Of a stretch of 64,000 nucleotides of DNA, positions 56,800-64,000 are shown piece after piece. This DNA is from Ktedonobacterales bacterium. GTDB lineage: Bacteria; Chloroflexota; Ktedonobacteria; Ktedonobacterales; JADMIN01. The translations under genes were made by a program, and so were the position numbers. Numbering within the stretch: the first letter of the stretch is position 1; each line of letters starts with the position of its first letter. The notes beneath the pieces were generated by a model. That model made no database searches. It had not been told where the DNA came from and was given only the letters and a program-made list of their open reading frames with translations. The stretch lies in NCBI GenBank assembly GCA_036557205.1, contig DATBIB010000037.1:1163-65162 (forward strand), read 5' to 3'.

Positions 56800-58105
56800 G
56801 GCAGGCGTGGGGATTAAAACGCCGCCTGACCTCTTTTCTCCAAAGTCATTTCCCTTTTACAGGTTTACAGGCACTGTGCGAGAAAGTAAGCATATGACCC
56901 AGAAACACGCCTATCGCTATCGCTGCTACCCGACGCCCACGCAAGCCGCTGTGCTGGCGCGGACGTTTGGGTGTGCGCGTTTCGTCTACAACTGGGCCTT
57001 GCGTCTGCGCACAGACGCCTATTACGAGCGGCAAGAACGTCTGAGCAATGTTGACCTCTCGGCGGCGCTCACCACCTTGAAGCAGCAGAGCGAGACGGTG
57101 TGGCTCAATGAGGTGTCCAGCGTTCCCATCCAGCAGGCGCTCAGGCATCTGGAAACCGCACTGCGCAACTTCTTCGCGGGACGCGCCAAGTACCCCACCT
57201 TCCACAAAAAGCATGGGGCGCAATCCGCCACCTATGCCAGTAGCGCCTTCCGCTGGGACGCCGAGAAGCATACGCTGACGCTGGCCAAGATGGAGACCCC
57301 GCTGCACATCCACTGGTCGCGTCCGCTGCCCGATGGCGCACTGCCTACCACGGTGACTCTCAGTCGGGATACGGCTGGGCGCTACTTCGTCAGTATTCTG
57401 ATTGAAGATGAGATAACGCCCTTGCCACTCAGCGCCGCACAGGTCGGCATTGATCTGGGCTTGCATGATGTGGTGGTGTTCAATAGTGGCGAGAAGGTGG
57501 GCAATCCGCGCTTCTTTCAGCATGATGAGAGAAAGCTGGCCAAAGCGCAACGGCGTCTCGCCAAGAAGCAACGCGGTTCCAAGAACCGCGACAAAGCCCG
57601 CAAAAAGGTCGCGCGCATTCATGCCCGCATTGCTGATCGTCGCCGTGATTTCACGCACAAACTCTCGGCCCGCATCATCCGTGAGAACCAAACGATTTGC
57701 ATCGAGAGTCTGAGGGTAAAGGCGATGGGGAAGAATCCGACACTGGCGAAGGCCATTCACGATGTCGGCTGGGGCGAGTTCGTCCGCCAACTGGAGTACA
57801 AAGCCGCCTGGTACGGGCGTACCCTGGTCAAGATTGACCGCTGGTATCCCAGTTCCAAGCGGTGTCATGTGTGCGGGCATATCCTTGACTCCTTGGCGCT
57901 TGATGTACGCCACTGGACATGTCCCGCGTGCGGGACAGCCCATGACCGCGATGTGAACGCCGCGCACAATATTTTGGCCGTGGGGCTCACGGTCTCAGCC
58001 TCTGGAGAGACGGTAAGACCGGCAAAGGCTTCGGTTCGTCCGGCCCGCGTCGGCGCGTCTCGGTGAAGGAGGAATCCCCCGGCTTCAGCCGTGGGGAGGG
58101 TCAAG
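56800..58105 (+). mobile_element. Solo-tnpB IS605-family element; ends are approximate
   Basis: tnpB plus the downstream 'GGAGGAATCCCCCGGCTTCAGCCGTGGGGAGGGTCAAG' (58070-58107). This is the stem-loop-rich tail typical of omega/reRNA 3' scaffolds. No tnpA and no clear terminal repeats, so the boundaries are inferred. Confidence 0.45.
56894..58066 (+). CDS. tnpB: IS200/IS605-family accessory protein TnpB (RuvC-like RNA-guided endonuclease), IS1341-type, no TnpA
   Basis: ORF 56807..58066. Start trimmed to ATG 56894 (MTQKHAYRYRCYPTPTQ...). 'GIDLGL' (RuvC-I), 'ICIESL' (RuvC-II Glu), zinc ribbon 'CHVCG...CPACG', 'DRDVNAAHNI' (RuvC-III). Confidence 0.92.
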   Translation: MTQKHAYRYRCYPTPTQAAVLARTFGCARFVYNWALRLRTDAYYERQERLSNVDLSAALTTLKQQSETVWLNEVSSVPIQQALRHLETALRNFFAGRAKYPTFHKKHGAQSATYASSAFRWDAEKHTLTLAKMETPLHIHWSRPLPDGALPTTVTLSRDTAGRYFVSILIEDEITPLPLSAAQVGIDLGLHDVVVFNSGEKVGNPRFFQHDERKLAKAQRRLAKKQRGSKNRDKARKKVARIHARIADRRRDFTHKLSARIIRENQTICIESLRVKAMGKNPTLAKAIHDVGWGEFVRQLEYKAAWYGRTLVKIDRWYPSSKRCHVCGHILDSLALDVRHWTCPACGTAHDRDVNAAHNILAVGLTVSASGETVRPAKASVRPARVGASR

Positions 58106-58220
58106 CTGTCTTCTGATGAAAATGCTCACATACTCGAAGCGTCTGCTTTCCCGTTAGGATATACTCGTATTCAGCCAACCGTGCGCATGGAATCACTTAC
58201 TTGATGGCTGCCAAAGGAGC

Positions 58221-59291
58221 GTGTCTGTGTCTCCAGCCGTTCGTTCCAGACTGCTACGTACCTTCTGTTTTGGTGTCGTGTTAGTTGCCCTGGCCCTCAC
58301 TGCCTGCGACGAACCGACGGTTCAGCGCGGCCCCACCGGTACGATCAACTTGCACGGGGCAACGACGCAGGTGCAGTCCGCCGCGCTCGTCGAATACCCC
58401 GTACCAGATCGTGATGGCTTTCCGTATGACATCGTCATCGGGCCAGACGGCAATTTCTGGATCACCGGCCATTTCTCGCCAGATGACACCTTCGACATTC
58501 CAACAGTCAGCCGCCTGACCATGAAAGCGGTGCTGACGCCCCATGCGATGCCCGGACCGGGACAGATCCCCGACGCCATCGTGAATGGCCCCGACGGCAA
58601 CCTCTGGTTTACGGTCCCCAGATTCAATGTTATTGGGCGTATCACACCCGCGGGCGTGATGACCCAGTTCCCGCTGCCGTCGAATGGTGGGCCGCTGGAT
58701 ATCGTGTTAGGCAAGGACAACAATCTCTGGTTCACCGAGCCAGGAAGCAACGCGATTGGGCGCATCACCCCAGAGGGCAAGGTCACCGAATTTCCGCTGC
58801 CCGTCGCCGCGAGTTTCCCCAACCAGATCACCGTCGGCCCCGACGGCGCGCTCTGGTTCACCGAGAACTACCGCAACTTCGTCGGGCGGATCACCTATGA
58901 TGGCAAGATCACCGAGCTTGCCGTGCCGATCATCGGGCGTGGACTCTACGGTCTCACGGTGGGGCCAGACAAGAACCTCTGGATTACCGACATTGGCGAT
59001 AACTGTATCTGGCAGATGTCGACGAAGGGTGTGACGAAAAAGTTCGCGCTGCCGAATTCGCTGCCGCGCAGCCCGTATAACATCATACCTGGGCCGGATG
59101 GCAATCTCTGGTTCACCGAGAATTCATACAATGCGATTGCCCGGATGACGCCCAGCGGCGAGCTGACTGAGTACACGCTGCCGCATCCATCGAGCGGCCC
59201 ACTGGCTCTTGTCGCCGCCAGCGATGGCAACATCTGGTTCACCGAGCTGGGTGAGCATGCCATCGGGCGTATCACCCCGCCCGCATCTTGA
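58221..59291 (+). CDS. Lipoprotein with Vgb (virginiamycin B lyase)-like 7-bladed beta-propeller repeats
   Basis: GTG start after AAGGAG; lipobox 'ALTAC'. About 7 repeats of 'GPDGNLWFTE..xNxIGRITPxGxxTEFxLP'. Confidence 0.8.
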   Translation: MSVSPAVRSRLLRTFCFGVVLVALALTACDEPTVQRGPTGTINLHGATTQVQSAALVEYPVPDRDGFPYDIVIGPDGNFWITGHFSPDDTFDIPTVSRLTMKAVLTPHAMPGPGQIPDAIVNGPDGNLWFTVPRFNVIGRITPAGVMTQFPLPSNGGPLDIVLGKDNNLWFTEPGSNAIGRITPEGKVTEFPLPVAASFPNQITVGPDGALWFTENYRNFVGRITYDGKITELAVPIIGRGLYGLTVGPDKNLWITDIGDNCIWQMSTKGVTKKFALPNSLPRSPYNIIPGPDGNLWFTENSYNAIARMTPSGELTEYTLPHPSSGPLALVAASDGNIWFTELGEHAIGRITPPAS

Positions 59292-59454
59292 ACGATTGCG
59301 CCAGCTGGTTGCCGTATTCCGCTTGGAATGCCTCACAAAATTGTCATGCCCCGGTGGCACTGATGAGGAGTGGGCCAGCTTCGCGGCGTGAATGGCATGA
59401 AGGCCGCGGCTAAGAACGGCGTTTTGCTAGGAACTTTTAGCTTAGGAGTGGCTA

Positions 59455-61029
59455 TCACGCTGATGGCAGCGACGCCGACGGAACCTTCTCCGCGCCAATA
59501 CGCGTAAGCCAGGACTCTAACTGACCTGCGTCGGCGATCCCGCAGCGGAAGCCCACGTAGCCGTCGGGGCGGACTGCCACCATGCCCACGCCAGGCACGT
59601 TCATCAGGCGGTGGACCGTGACTCGTGCGCCCAGGGCCAGATGTTTGATGTCGGCGGCGTCGCGCTGCAGGAGCACATGTATACCAGGATGGGCGAGCAG
59701 AGCGTGTAGCCGAACCCGCTGGCCCTCCGCGACGACGGTCGCGTCTGGGAGGCGATGGCCAGGGCGTATCCAGCCATATAGCCGGGGTATCCCCTCGACT
59801 GAGAGCGGGCTGTCCAGATATGCCAGGCGCAGTTGAGATAACCAGCGGATGCCTTCCGCGACCAGCCGCCGTTGCTGAATGAGAATCGGCACTGCCGGAG
59901 CGCCAAGCGCGGCCAGTGCGCCGCGGAGTAGTGCCGGAATTGGATCAGTGGAGGCCTCGAACCAAAACGCCAGATGTGTCATAGCTAGTGCCTGGCGCGC
60001 CGCTGGTCGTCGCTCGTGGTCGTACGAGCCGAGGAGAGCCGCCGGATCGGTCGCGGTGGGCAGAAAGGCGAGCTTCCACCCAAGGTTCATGGCATCCTGG
60101 ATTCCCGTATTCATCCCCTGCCCGGTGGCTGGCGAGAAGGAGTGGGCGGCGTCTCCCGCAAGATAGAGGCCGCCGCGGCTCAATCGTGCGGAGAGTCGGT
60201 GCTGCAAGCGGTAGCGCGCCGACCACACAAGTTTGGTGATCTTCGCATCCAGGCCAGCGTCGTCCAGCAGCGTCTGAAGCTGGGCGAGCGGGACGGCGGG
60301 ACCCGGCTGCCCGAACGACAGCGGGTCATCACCAGCCGGGCGGGTCGCTAGCAGTCGCCAGGTGGCACGCTCACCGAGTGCAAAGATAAAGAGTAGCCCA
60401 CGCTTCCCAGCTACGACATGGGCGACACCACGGGTGAGGTTAGCCTCAAGCTCGACGTCGGCAAGCACGATCTCCTGTCGGTACACTCCCCCATACCAGC
60501 GGATGCCCGCGGAGCGCCGCACAAGACTGTCTGGGCCATCGCAGCCGGCGACGATATCACACTCGACACGCTCAAGCTCGGCAGATGACCGAAGGGTTGC
60601 GCTCGCGCCATCGTCCCGGTTCAGCACCGCGATCAACTCTGTGCCGCGTTCCACCTCGATGCCGCGATCGGCGAGCGCGTCCGCAAGGACAGTCTCGACA
60701 TCCATCTGCCGCACGAACGAGAGGTGTGGGAACGCGGTATCTGGCAGCGCAAGCTCGGCCAGGCGGGCACGAACGACGTGAGAACCCAGGTGCAGGTAAC
60801 CCTCAGGAGCGATATCGGCGCGAGCCAGCAACGGCTCCGTGACGCCAAGTGGGCGGAGCGCCTCCAATGTGCGAGGGTGCATGATCAGCGCACGGGAGGG
60901 ACGGAAAGCCTCGCTGCGCCGTTCGACGATGCGGACGTTGGCGCCGTGGTCATGAGCCTGTAGAGCCAGAGCCAGACCGGTCGGGCCCGCGCCGACTATC
61001 AGAATCTCCGCGGGTCGTGCCATGCGCAT
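59455..61029 (-). CDS. FAD-dependent aromatic-ring monooxygenase (PheA/TfdB / Rox-like)
   Basis: ORF 59455..61056. ATG 61029 preferred because it overlaps the upstream stop as TAATG. 'ILIVGAGPTGLALA', 'DGPDSLVRR', 'LAGDAAHSFSPATGQGMNTGIQDA'. Confidence 0.88.
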   Translation of the reverse strand: MRMARPAEILIVGAGPTGLALALQAHDHGANVRIVERRSEAFRPSRALIMHPRTLEALRPLGVTEPLLARADIAPEGYLHLGSHVVRARLAELALPDTAFPHLSFVRQMDVETVLADALADRGIEVERGTELIAVLNRDDGASATLRSSAELERVECDIVAGCDGPDSLVRRSAGIRWYGGVYRQEIVLADVELEANLTRGVAHVVAGKRGLLFIFALGERATWRLLATRPAGDDPLSFGQPGPAVPLAQLQTLLDDAGLDAKITKLVWSARYRLQHRLSARLSRGGLYLAGDAAHSFSPATGQGMNTGIQDAMNLGWKLAFLPTATDPAALLGSYDHERRPAARQALAMTHLAFWFEASTDPIPALLRGALAALGAPAVPILIQQRRLVAEGIRWLSQLRLAYLDSPLSVEGIPRLYGWIRPGHRLPDATVVAEGQRVRLHALLAHPGIHVLLQRDAADIKHLALGARVTVHRLMNVPGVGMVAVRPDGYVGFRCGIADAGQLESWLTRIGAEKVPSASLPSA

Positions 61030-61613
61030 TATGCAACCTCTAATGATCGCCACCACCCGGTCACGGACTCAGATGAGAGGTCGGGTGTCGTGGAGGCGTA
61101 CAGATGGGGAGCGGCAAGCAGGGCATCTCGGCGCACTCCGGGCAGCACCCGGTAGTGGATCGAGTCTGGCTCGCACCCGAGCGCGAGCACGCGCCACAAG
61201 GAACGAGCGTAGTGTTCGGCGCGCTCCGGGCCGTCCCACTCATAGACGCCACGGTAGACGCCATGTTCGTCGTTGGCCAGCCATAGCTTGGAGGCAAAGC
61301 CGGGGAAGCCCACGAAGAGCGGTGTATTCAACAGACTCTCCCAGCGAAAGAGGGCGTGTGTCCGGTGACCACGGACTGCCCATGGCCATAGCCGGAACTC
61401 GACAAGCAGAGCGCAGGGATTCCGCGGTGTGCCGTCAACGACGGTCTCCCGATAGACCTGGGCGACCGTGCCATCGACGAAGTGCAGCCGCTTCCCGATG
61501 TGCTGCCGTGGCAGATGGATGCTATCGCGTGCGAGCAGACGTATGGTGCTGATCACGCAATGGATCAGTGCTGGCGCTACAATTCGGTATGGCAAAGGAT
61601 GTTGGTCATTCAT
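61029..61613 (-). CDS. Hypothetical protein translationally coupled to the FAD monooxygenase
   Basis: 194-aa ORF whose TAA overlaps the ATG of the next gene (TAATG). No recognised motif. Confidence 0.55.
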   Translation of the reverse strand: MNDQHPLPYRIVAPALIHCVISTIRLLARDSIHLPRQHIGKRLHFVDGTVAQVYRETVVDGTPRNPCALLVEFRLWPWAVRGHRTHALFRWESLLNTPLFVGFPGFASKLWLANDEHGVYRGVYEWDGPERAEHYARSLWRVLALGCEPDSIHYRVLPGVRRDALLAAPHLYASTTPDLSSESVTGWWRSLEVA

Positions 61614-61970
61614 TGATGTCCTCCTGATGGTATTGCTGGGGGTCTGAGCCGCTGTGGAAGGCCCTCAGGCCTCTCGATGTACGCTGACGGATAATTCGCG
61701 TCCTGGGGGCTGTACCACAGTTTGAGAGTGCCCTCTGCGCATCACATAGTCATCAACCCTCTCAGGGGAGGCGTCACATCCACCTCACAGTCAAAGGTCG
61801 CTTTGTTGAAGGCAGAGCATCCATCACGCACTTGTGCAGATCCAGCGCAGTGCTCTCGAAGGCGTCTGTGGTCTCAAGGACCATAGTGAATGTTGGCGCT
61901 GGCAGTTTGTTGTACACTTGAAACACTATGAGGCTACGAGGACAGATACTGTTCGGCAAGGGGGCTATCT

Positions 61971-62522
61971 ATGGACAAGTTGCTTACACGACACTGGTGG
62001 GCGGTGGGGCTTCGGGGGCTGCTGGCGATCCTCTTTGGCATTCTTGCACTGGTGGTGCCGGGCATCACGTTGATCGTGCTGATCGCGTTCTTCGGCGCGT
62101 ACGTGCTGATCGATGGCATCATCGCCATTTATCTGGCGATTCGCGGGCGCGAGAACAATCGTAACTGGGGCTGGCTGCTCGTCGAGGGCATCGCTGGCGT
62201 GCTCATCGGTATCATCACCTTCCGCTGGCCCGGCGTGACAACCTTTGTGCTGCTGGCGTTCATCGCCGCCTGGGCGATCATCACCGGCGTTATGGAAATC
62301 TTCGAGGCTATCGAGCTGCGACGTGTCATCGACAACGAGTGGCTGCTGATTCTCAGCGGCGCGGCGTCGGTCCTCTTTGGCGTACTCCTGCTCCTCTTCC
62401 CCAGCGGCGGGGCGCTGGCGCTGGTCTGGCTTATCGGCATCTTCGCGCTCATCTTCGGCATATTGATGCTGGTGCTGTCGTGGCGGCTGAGAGGGATGGC
62501 ACAGAGTGGTCAGACGGCGTGA
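61971..62522 (+). CDS. HdeD/DUF308-family membrane protein
   Basis: Six TM helices. 'HWWAVGLRGLLAILFGILALVVPG' and repeated 'GI..I..G' segments are typical of HdeD-like proteins. Confidence 0.8.
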   Translation: MDKLLTRHWWAVGLRGLLAILFGILALVVPGITLIVLIAFFGAYVLIDGIIAIYLAIRGRENNRNWGWLLVEGIAGVLIGIITFRWPGVTTFVLLAFIAAWAIITGVMEIFEAIELRRVIDNEWLLILSGAASVLFGVLLLLFPSGGALALVWLIGIFALIFGILMLVLSWRLRGMAQSGQTA

Positions 62523-62546
62523 TCGTTGCGCCAGTCGCCTGGCAGG

Positions 62547-64000
62547 TTAATCCTCGAGTGCCTCTCTGAGTGTGACAACGGTCTCATCCAGATCAAGCGC
62601 CTGTCCCTCGCCCAGCGCGTGGGCCAGCGTCGCTTCGTCCATCGTCTGCTGGAGCCAGGCGAGATCGCGAGCGCGCATCTCACGCTCGACCGGCTCCACT
62701 GGTCCGCGTATCGCGTCGCGGTGGCTCGTTCCCGCGGCATGGAGGCGCGCGGCCTGCTCCGGATGGCCACGGGTGCGGGCAAGCGTTCCCGTGCGTTCCG
62801 CCAGCCACCAGATATACTCACTGGCGCGCACCTGGCCAGAGAGGTCGCCGAGCGCCTGCGCCAGATTGCGCCGCGCCGCAGCCGCATCGTTGACTTCGAG
62901 CGCAAAGGTGGCGCGGAAGTAGAGGATACGCGCCGCCATCGCCGGGTTGCCCAGATTGCGGATCAGGCGCTCCGCCTCATCCAGATAGTCGCGCCCCGCA
63001 TTGCTATTGCCCGCGCGCCAGTATGCGCGTCCCAGGGTGAATGCGCAGGTGGCAGCGCCAAAGATGTCATGCTCGCGGGTGAAGAGCTGATAGTTCGGTT
63101 CGGTGACCTCGATCGCGCGGGCTGGCTCTTCGAGCATGATGTAGGCCTCACCGGCATTGTTCCAGGTGAGCGCGCGCGCCCAGTCTGTCTCGCCCACCTC
63201 GCGACTCAACGCGAGAGACTCCTCATAGTAGGCCAGCGCTTCTCGCGGCATCCCCATCTCGTAATAGAGTCCGCCAAGATTCATCAACGGGAAGATCTGA
63301 TCTTTGCGATTCCCTAGCTCGCGGTGGAGCGCAAGGGCTTCCTCGTAGAGCGTTTGCGCGCGCTCATAATCGTGTATCGCGGTGATGGTGTTCGCCAGAT
63401 TCATCTTCGAGTAGGCAATCTGGCACTTGTCATCCAAACCACGCCAGAGGGCAAGGGCCGTCTCTCCCGCATGGCGCGCGCGTTCCAGTCGGTCCAGGCG
63501 GTGGGTGATCATCAGCACACCCGTCCACGCCTCGGCGAGTGTGGCGCGTTCCTTCGGCTGTGTCGGCGTCCCGGCGCGGGCGATGAAACGGTCGAGCCAG
63601 TCGAGACCTTCGAGGTATTGGGAATGGGAAGCCCAGAAGCGGCGCAAGTGTCCCGCCATGTGCAGCCCCTGCATGGTCTCGCCCGTTTCCCAGGCCCAGG
63701 CGAGCGCGGCGCGTATATTTTCATATTCCATTTCCAGCCGCGCCATAACCGCCTGAGGCTGGTCTGCCTGATCGGGAAACGTCAGTTCAACCAGTCCCAA
63801 AAAATAGTTGGCATGTCGTCGGCTTGCATCGTCCCATTCGTCCTGGGCGCGCAGTTGCTCTTGAGCAAAGGCGCGTAGCGTCACCAGTTGCGAATAACGC
63901 CGCGTGCCGCCACTATCCAGGCAGTAGATCAGGCTCGCGTTGACCAGCGTCGCGAGGCGGGTCATGAGCGTCTCATCTGGCGTGCTGGTAATTGCCTCGA
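62547..64000 (-). CDS. TPR-repeat C-terminal portion of a large regulatory protein (5' end outside the window)
   Basis: ORF 62547..63965. The frame stays open to the window edge (…EAITSTPDETL-MTRLATLV…). Many TPR units ('AYSKMNLANTITAIHDYERAQTLYEEALALHRELG', etc.). The arrangement is typical of NB-ARC/SARP-TPR proteins. Confidence 0.7.
   Translation of the reverse strand, partial: EAITSTPDETLMTRLATLVNASLIYCLDSGGTRRYSQLVTLRAFAQEQLRAQDEWDDASRRHANYFLGLVELTFPDQADQPQAVMARLEMEYENIRAALAWAWETGETMQGLHMAGHLRRFWASHSQYLEGLDWLDRFIARAGTPTQPKERATLAEAWTGVLMITHRLDRLERARHAGETALALWRGLDDKCQIAYSKMNLANTITAIHDYERAQTLYEEALALHRELGNRKDQIFPLMNLGGLYYEMGMPREALAYYEESLALSREVGETDWARALTWNNAGEAYIMLEEPARAIEVTEPNYQLFTREHDIFGAATCAFTLGRAYWRAGNSNAGRDYLDEAERLIRNLGNPAMAARILYFRATFALEVNDAAAARRNLAQALGDLSGQVRASEYIWWLAERTGTLARTRGHPEQAARLHAAGTSHRDAIRGPVEPVEREMRARDLAWLQQTMDEATLAHALGEGQALDLDETVVTLREALED

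Overview
High-GC bacterial chromosome window, about 55 protein genes and 2 tRNAs. The taxon cannot be fixed without a search; a PASTA kinase, G/C-rich palindromic intergenic repeats and a solo TnpB fit a Chloroflexota/Actinomycetota-like organism (inference). Most of it is housekeeping. It holds a DNA-repair-rich block (SbcD-like nuclease, recA, recR, ybaB), the dxr-rseP-ispG operon, metG, rsmA/ksgA, a D-Ala-D-Ala carboxypeptidase, a giant MASE1/multi-PAS histidine kinase, two Hanks-type Ser/Thr kinases, a sigma/anti-sigma pair and a MalT/LAL-type LuxR regulator.

The observations most worth follow-up:
1. A tRNA-Thr(UGU) gene whose 3' ~46-48 nt is repeated twice more in direct orientation (8525, 9799, 12436). 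The repeats bracket two small integrase-less island remnants; the proximal one carries a pentapeptide-repeat/pore-loop channel fusion and A/T-rich small ORFs.
2. A 30-codon leader ORF with 5 Met codons in 7 consecutive positions (MMMEMAM), followed by a strong intrinsic terminator 38 nt upstream of metG. This looks like a leader-peptide attenuator on an aminoacyl-tRNA synthetase.
3. A visibly more A/T-rich two-gene block: a 1678-aa DUF4011-like / UPF1-like SF1 helicase / DUF559-like endonuclease fusion next to a zinc-ribbon membrane Ser/Thr kinase. It is a candidate defence module.
4. A dispersed ~40-bp C-tract/G-tract palindromic repeat family, 3 copies, all in short gene-end gaps.
5. A recA promoter with a Cheo-type (GAAC-N4-GTwC) SOS-box-like site abutting the -10.
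6. A solo IS605-family tnpB with the expected omega-RNA-like tail.

No CRISPR array, rRNA, integrase or reverse transcriptase was seen. All product calls come from motif recognition by eye, not database searches.
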